Below, piece after piece: positions 33,870-38,356 of a DNA stretch of 38,356 bases (position 1 is the stretch's first letter; every line of letters begins with the position of its first letter). The DNA comes from a virus. Lineage: Duplodnaviria > Caudoviricetes. The notes below the pieces were generated by a model. The model worked only from the letters and a program-made list of their open reading frames with translations. It did not search any database and was not told the origin of the DNA. A program made the position numbers and the translations under genes. Location: positions 1 to 38,356 of the IMG/VR virus record IMGVR_UViG_3300033109_000110; one strand, written 5' to 3'.

Positions 33870-34186
33870 AGCTGGCCAACCTCCACAGCTGCGACGACAT
33901 GGGCATCTGCCTCATGCGCACCCCACCCTGCCGGCAAGAGTGCACCGTAGGCGCACCCCGCGAAATGCTGCCGCGCATTGACTTGGACGATGCGGACCCG
34001 GTGCTGCGCGCCGAGGGCTGCATGCGGATGGTCTGGATGGCCGTCTGCTGCGTCATCGGCGTGCTGATGATGTGCGGGGTGCTCACCCTGCTCTGGCGCC
34101 ATGACGCGGCCTTGCGCGCCGCCCTGGTGAGCGTGTGGGATGCCTTGGTGGCGATGTATTGGGCCAGCCTGGCCAGCATGTACTGA
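33866..34186 (+). CDS. Hypothetical Cys-rich membrane protein
   Basis: AGGAG RBS; CDDMGIC..PPCRQEC followed by a TM segment. Confidence 0.65.
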   Translation: MKLANLHSCDDMGICLMRTPPCRQECTVGAPREMLPRIDLDDADPVLRAEGCMRMVWMAVCCVIGVLMMCGVLTLLWRHDAALRAALVSVWDALVAMYWASLASMY

Positions 34187-34195
34187 GGAGCCGGT

Positions 34196-34585
34196 ATGCA
34201 CACGTCTGCACTCCCCCCCCATTCCCCAGCTGCCGCGCCCGAGGCCGACCTCTTCGCGGATGACACCACCCAGCAGCCGATGCGCCTGGAGTTCACCGGC
34301 ACGCTCAAGGCCGACGCCCAGGTGCGCATGAAGCCCGTGGGCGATGGCGGCCACGTCATGACCGTGCTCTGCCTGGAGGTCGAAGGCGTCGGCCCCGGCC
34401 GCCACTGCCTGCGCGCCGAGCAGATCTACCCCGACAGCGCCCGCGCCCAGGCCGAGCAGATGGCCCGCACGCTGCGCAAGGGCCAGCAGGTGCGCCTGGT
34501 CACCTCGCCCCTGGATCTGCGCCTGTACCTGCCGCACGTCGAGCGTATCGAGCTCGATGGCCCGGCCCAACCCCACCACCACTGA
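34196..34585 (+). CDS. OB-fold/SSB-like hypothetical protein
   Basis: GAGGAG RBS; GTLKADAQVR and ARTLRKGQQVRL resemble SSB OB-fold motifs; no acidic tail. Confidence 0.55.
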   Translation: MHTSALPPHSPAAAPEADLFADDTTQQPMRLEFTGTLKADAQVRMKPVGDGGHVMTVLCLEVEGVGPGRHCLRAEQIYPDSARAQAEQMARTLRKGQQVRLVTSPLDLRLYLPHVERIELDGPAQPHHH

Positions 34586-34588
34586 GAC

Positions 34589-34867
34589 ATGGAACAAGTT
34601 ATCCCACTGGGGCGCATCGAGCGCGAGGCACGTGCTGCCGCCCTGCAATACAGTGACGTGAACGACGCCTGCCCGTATCCGTTCTTCAGCGATGCCGGGC
34701 ACGCCTTTCAGCAGTTTTTCAAGCTGGCCCGCGCCGAGGCCCAGGCCCTGCAGGAGGTGCTCGACGAGGCCCCCGACGACTCGCCCTTCTGCGAGTGCGG
34801 CAACCAGCCCACCATCGAGGAGAGCGACTGGAACAAGTGCGACTCCTGCGGGAAGGCCCTCGCATGA
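34589..34867 (+). CDS. Hypothetical protein with C-terminal Zn ribbon
   Basis: NDACPYPF motif; CECG...CDSCG. Confidence 0.68.
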   Translation: MEQVIPLGRIEREARAAALQYSDVNDACPYPFFSDAGHAFQQFFKLARAEAQALQEVLDEAPDDSPFCECGNQPTIEESDWNKCDSCGKALA

Positions 34868-35139
34868 CCGCCCTCGCCCTCCTAGCCAGCACGTTCTGCC
34901 TGGTGTTCACCCTCGGCCTGCAGAGCCAGCTGGTGAACAACGGCCACCACGTCGGCGCCTTCTTCAACTCCCTGGCCATCGGTGCCTGCAACCTGGTGCT
35001 GTTCAAGCTGGCACCCAATGCCACCGGGCTGGAGATCGCCGCCTACCTGCTGGGCGGCCCCTTCGGAATCGTGGCCAGCATGGCCTTCTATCGCTGGCTG
35101 CGTGGCCAGCGCCACCACTCCAGAAAGCACCCCGCATGA
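34864..35139 (+). CDS. Small membrane protein
   Basis: ATGA-coupled; three hydrophobic segments; LGLQSQLVNNGH and GGPFGIVASM. Confidence 0.7.
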   Translation: MTALALLASTFCLVFTLGLQSQLVNNGHHVGAFFNSLAIGACNLVLFKLAPNATGLEIAAYLLGGPFGIVASMAFYRWLRGQRHHSRKHPA

Positions 35140-35396
35140 AACGCGATCTTCCCTGCATGCAGCCCGAGCTGCTCAAACCCCATGAAGTCATCGACCCCGG
35201 TGTAGGTAACTGGCGGCTGCTCATGAGCAGCCCCAGCGCCCGTGCAGCCAGCGCTGCCGATCTCGCACCGCCGCCGCCCCGCCCGGGCAGCGAAGACGCC
35301 CTGCTCTGCCCCAGCCGCATCGGCAACCACCTGCACTACCGCGGCGGGCGCATCACAGATCTCGCCGGCAACCCCATCACCACCAGAACGGAGTAA
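35136..35396 (+). CDS. Hypothetical protein
   Basis: ATGA-coupled; RPGSEDAL.CPSRIG motif. Confidence 0.62.
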   Translation: MKRDLPCMQPELLKPHEVIDPGVGNWRLLMSSPSARAASAADLAPPPPRPGSEDALLCPSRIGNHLHYRGGRITDLAGNPITTRTE

Positions 35397-35401
35397 TCAC
35401 C

Positions 35402-37258
35402 ATGGAGCATGTACAGACCGAGTTCAAGGCCCTGGCGCTGACCGCCATCGCCCCCAGCCTCACCAACCCGCGCAAGACCTTCAACCCGGACAAGCTGCAG
35501 GAGCTGGCCAACAGCATTGCCGCCAGCGGCGTGCACCAGCCCATCCTGGTTCGCCCTCTGCCCGGCAACCGGCATGAAGACACCTTCCGCGATCGCCAGC
35601 CCGGCGATCCGCTGCCGACCTTCGAGCTCGTGGCCGGTGAGCGCCGCTATCGCGCCAGCAAGCTGGCCGGCGCCGAAACTATCCCCGCCATCGTACGCGC
35701 GCTGACGGACGACCAGGTGCTGGAGATCCAGATCATCGAGAACCTGCAGCGCGACGATCTCACCGCCCTGGAGGAGGCCGAAGGCTACCAGGCACTGTGC
35801 GACGCCACCGGCATCGACAAGGAGGAGATCGGCACCAAGATCGGCAAGAGCCGCAGCTACGTCTATGCCCGCCTCAAGCTGCTCGACCTGTGCCAGGACG
35901 CACGCACGGCCCTGCGCGAGGGCCAGTTCGACACCAGCAAGGCGCTGCTGATCGCCCGCATCCCCGACGAGAAGCTGCAGCTCAAAGCGCTCAAGGCCTT
36001 CACCGAGAAGGGCTACGACGACGAGCCGCGGCTGAGCTACCGCGCCGCCAAGCAGTGGGTGAGCCAGAACGTGATGCTGCGCCTGGAGCATGCCGTGTTC
36101 GATATCAAGGACGCCAAGCTCTGCGGCGACAAGCCGGCCTGCGCCGACTGCCAGCTGCGCACCGGCGCGAACCCCGATCTGTTCAGCGACGTGGACAGTC
36201 CGGACGTCTGCACGGACCCGCCCTGCTTCCACGCCAAGGAGCAGGCCCACCACGACCAGGTGGTGGCCAAGGCGCGCAAGAGCGGCATGGAGGTCATCGA
36301 GGGCGAAGAGGCCGAGAAGCTGATGCCCAGCCGCCACTACATCGACGACTACACCAAGGTCGAGCAGCACGTGCACGATCCGCGCACCGGCGGCCAGACG
36401 CCTCTGCACATGCTGCTGGACGAGCTGCTGCCCAAGGCTGAGGTGAAGGCCGCCACCAAGCTGATCATCTGCCCGCACACGCATGCGGCCATCAAGGTCG
36501 TGCCCGACGAGGTGGTGGAGAAGGTCAACGACCTGCTCGATAAAGCGGCTGCCAAGAGCAAGACGGCCAGCAAGGAAGACAAGGCACGGGCCAAGGAGCG
36601 CCTGCAGGAGGATGAAGACCGCAAGCGCCACGAGCTGCAGAAGAAATACGAGAAGGAGTGGCGCACCCGCCTGATGGACCAGCTCAAGCCCGCGCTGCTG
36701 GCCGGCGCTGTGCAGGCCTTCGAGCCGGCCGTGCTGCGCGCCATCTTTCACAGCATCACGGACGACGCCTACTATGGCGACGAAGCCGCGCTCATCACCG
36801 CACTGGATTTGCCTGATGGCGAATCCATCGACGAAGAAGACATCGAGGGCCGCATCGACAACCTCCCCGCCGAAGAACTCGGCCCGCGCATCTGCATCTT
36901 CCTGGCGGCCCGCGATGCCAGTGCCCGGGAAATCTGGAACGGCGACAAGCGCGTCATCGACGAAGCTCCCACGCTGGCCAGCCTGGCCACCAGCGCCGGC
37001 ATCGACGCCACTGCCATCCAGGCCGAAGTGCAGGACGAAATGCGCGCCGAGCTCGAACCCCCGGCTGCGCGCGCAACCGCCGATTCTGCAGCGAAGCCGA
37101 AGAAGGCCAAGGCTACCAAGCCCGCCAAGCCCAGCAAGATGTCTGCAGAGCAAGCCCAGCAAGGCATCGCTGCCGCGATGCAGGGCATTGAAGCCGCGTC
37201 CTCCGGCGCGGCTGGTGGCGATGTTGACGAGGAGATCGACGAGGGGGCCGAGGCATGA
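35402..37258 (+). CDS. ParB/RepB/Spo0J-family protein with long C-terminal region
   Basis: NPRKTF, GVHQPILVR, LVAGERRYRA, IENLQRDDL and HTH KSRSYVYARLKL; Cys cluster CADC..CTDPPC. Confidence 0.9.
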   Translation: MEHVQTEFKALALTAIAPSLTNPRKTFNPDKLQELANSIAASGVHQPILVRPLPGNRHEDTFRDRQPGDPLPTFELVAGERRYRASKLAGAETIPAIVRALTDDQVLEIQIIENLQRDDLTALEEAEGYQALCDATGIDKEEIGTKIGKSRSYVYARLKLLDLCQDARTALREGQFDTSKALLIARIPDEKLQLKALKAFTEKGYDDEPRLSYRAAKQWVSQNVMLRLEHAVFDIKDAKLCGDKPACADCQLRTGANPDLFSDVDSPDVCTDPPCFHAKEQAHHDQVVAKARKSGMEVIEGEEAEKLMPSRHYIDDYTKVEQHVHDPRTGGQTPLHMLLDELLPKAEVKAATKLIICPHTHAAIKVVPDEVVEKVNDLLDKAAAKSKTASKEDKARAKERLQEDEDRKRHELQKKYEKEWRTRLMDQLKPALLAGAVQAFEPAVLRAIFHSITDDAYYGDEAALITALDLPDGESIDEEDIEGRIDNLPAEELGPRICIFLAARDASAREIWNGDKRVIDEAPTLASLATSAGIDATAIQAEVQDEMRAELEPPAARATADSAAKPKKAKATKPAKPSKMSAEQAQQGIAAAMQGIEAASSGAAGGDVDEEIDEGAEA

Positions 37259-37761
37259 GCCGCAGTCACAAGCCACGCAAGGCCTACCGCCCGCGCCTGA
37301 TCGCCGTCAACACGCTGGAGATCGCCCTACACCGCGCCGCTAAGCCGGCGCCGGCCGACCGGGCTGAGGTGCTGAACATCCTGCGCCTGGCAGCCAAGGC
37401 GCTGCGCGAAGGCGTGGCCACTGAGCTGCAGTGGTCCATCGTCGCCGGCGGCGTGGACGTCGCCAAGGCCATCGAGCGCCAAGGCATCGTGCGCGGCCTG
37501 GCAGAGCACCTGGCCAGCGCCGAGGCCTCCCTGCAGGCTATCTACGACCGCGCTATGGCAACCGGCACCTGGAAGCCCACCGCCCTGCACTACTACGAGC
37601 TCGACGCGGTGCAGACGTTTGTGGATCTGCACGTCTTCCAGGTCAACCAGCTCGGCCGCGCCGAGTTCCTGGCCGCCATCGATCACGCCACCAGCCAGGT
37701 GCGGGCCAATGGCAACAAGGTCACCCTGATCAGGGGAGAACTGCAGGGAGTAGCAGCATGA
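37255..37761 (+). CDS. Hypothetical phage protein
   Basis: KPRKAYRPR N-terminus, LREGVATE..W; ATGA-coupled. Confidence 0.72.
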   Translation: MSRSHKPRKAYRPRLIAVNTLEIALHRAAKPAPADRAEVLNILRLAAKALREGVATELQWSIVAGGVDVAKAIERQGIVRGLAEHLASAEASLQAIYDRAMATGTWKPTALHYYELDAVQTFVDLHVFQVNQLGRAEFLAAIDHATSQVRANGNKVTLIRGELQGVAA

Positions 37762-38084
37762 CCTTTCCCGCGGATCTGGCTAAGCTGTATGTCGAGCAAG
37801 CTGGCCAACCCTACCTGCCCAGCAACGGCACCGAGGGTGAGATCTTCTGGTCTGAATGGTGTCGCAAGTGCTCGAAGGACAAGGCCATGCGCGAGGGCGA
37901 GGACCTCGACGACTGCGACGACACCGAGATCTGCCAGATCCTGGGCGCATCGTTTCGCGGCGAAGTGAAGGAGTGGGTGTACGGCGCCGACGGTCAGCCC
38001 ATGTGCACGGCCTTCCATGAATTCGGCACGCCTGAGCCCTATCGCTGCCCCAACACCCCCGATATGTTCGGAGAGTTCGCATGA
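37758..38084 (+). CDS. Hypothetical Cys-rich phage protein
   Basis: PSNGTEGE.F...WC..C motif; C-terminal RCPNT.DMF; ATGA-coupled. Confidence 0.72.
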   Translation: MTFPADLAKLYVEQAGQPYLPSNGTEGEIFWSEWCRKCSKDKAMREGEDLDDCDDTEICQILGASFRGEVKEWVYGADGQPMCTAFHEFGTPEPYRCPNTPDMFGEFA

Positions 38085-38356
38085 ACACCGCATTTCTGCT
38101 TATGGCGCAATACAACGCCCAGGCCGTCATTCCGGTCGAGAAGGTTGTCAAGGACTACTTCCCACACCTCAGCACCGACAAGTTTCTGCGCAAGGTGGCC
38201 ACAGGTGAGATCAAGATCCCGCTCACGCGCATCGAGGGCGGTTCACAGAAGGCCGCCAAGGGCGTGCACTTGACAGACCTGGCCAGCTACATCGATGATC
38301 GACGCGCTGCAGCGGTCAAGGAGGCTCGACAGCTCGCAGGCCTTCCACAGACCTAG
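38081..38356 (+). CDS. PrtN (pyocin activator)-family DNA-binding protein, likely excisionase
   Basis: MNTAFLLMAQY..AVIP, SQKAAKGVHLTDLASYID; last gene of early operon. Confidence 0.88.
   Translation: MNTAFLLMAQYNAQAVIPVEKVVKDYFPHLSTDKFLRKVATGEIKIPLTRIEGGSQKAAKGVHLTDLASYIDDRRAAAVKEARQLAGLPQT

Larger units (their letters stand above)
1..38356. mobile_element. Temperate prophage (lambda-like head/packaging, Mu-like contractile tail), apparently complete
   Basis: Integrase at left end, PrtN/xis-like gene at right end; lysis, tail, head, terminase, replication, immunity and early modules all present with intact ORFs. Confidence 0.95.

Noticed and set aside
1-38356. tRNA, rRNA, IS elements and att direct repeats
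   Set aside because: None recognised by eye; the window is trimmed to gene boundaries so att sites probably lie outside

Overview
The window is an apparently complete ~38 kb temperate prophage (GC-rich, probably from a betaproteobacterial host), running from the integrase ATG to the stop codon of a PrtN-family (likely excisionase) gene. No host DNA or att sites are visible. The minus strand carries a Q-controlled late operon: lysis genes (DUF5675 lysin, two holin-like proteins, nested Rz/Rz1), a Mu-like contractile tail and baseplate, and a lambda-like packaging module (Nu1/GpA terminase, candidate cos, lambda-type portal) with a fused HK97-type protease-capsid gene. Next come a Toprim-VapE primase-helicase with a candidate origin, cII-like, cro and cI-like genes, and a rightward early operon. 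The most unusual parts are in the immunity region: (1) a CI-like repressor whose C-terminal domain looks like a PD-(D/E)XK nuclease fold rather than an S24 autoprotease; (2) a toxin-antitoxin-SecB-chaperone (TAC) operon abutting an antitoxin-first HicBA pair; (3) several accessory genes, including sieB, placed antisense inside lytic operons, two of them fully enclosed by sense-strand ORFs coupled to the neighbouring genes. All family assignments come from motif recognition and synteny by eye; no database searches were run.
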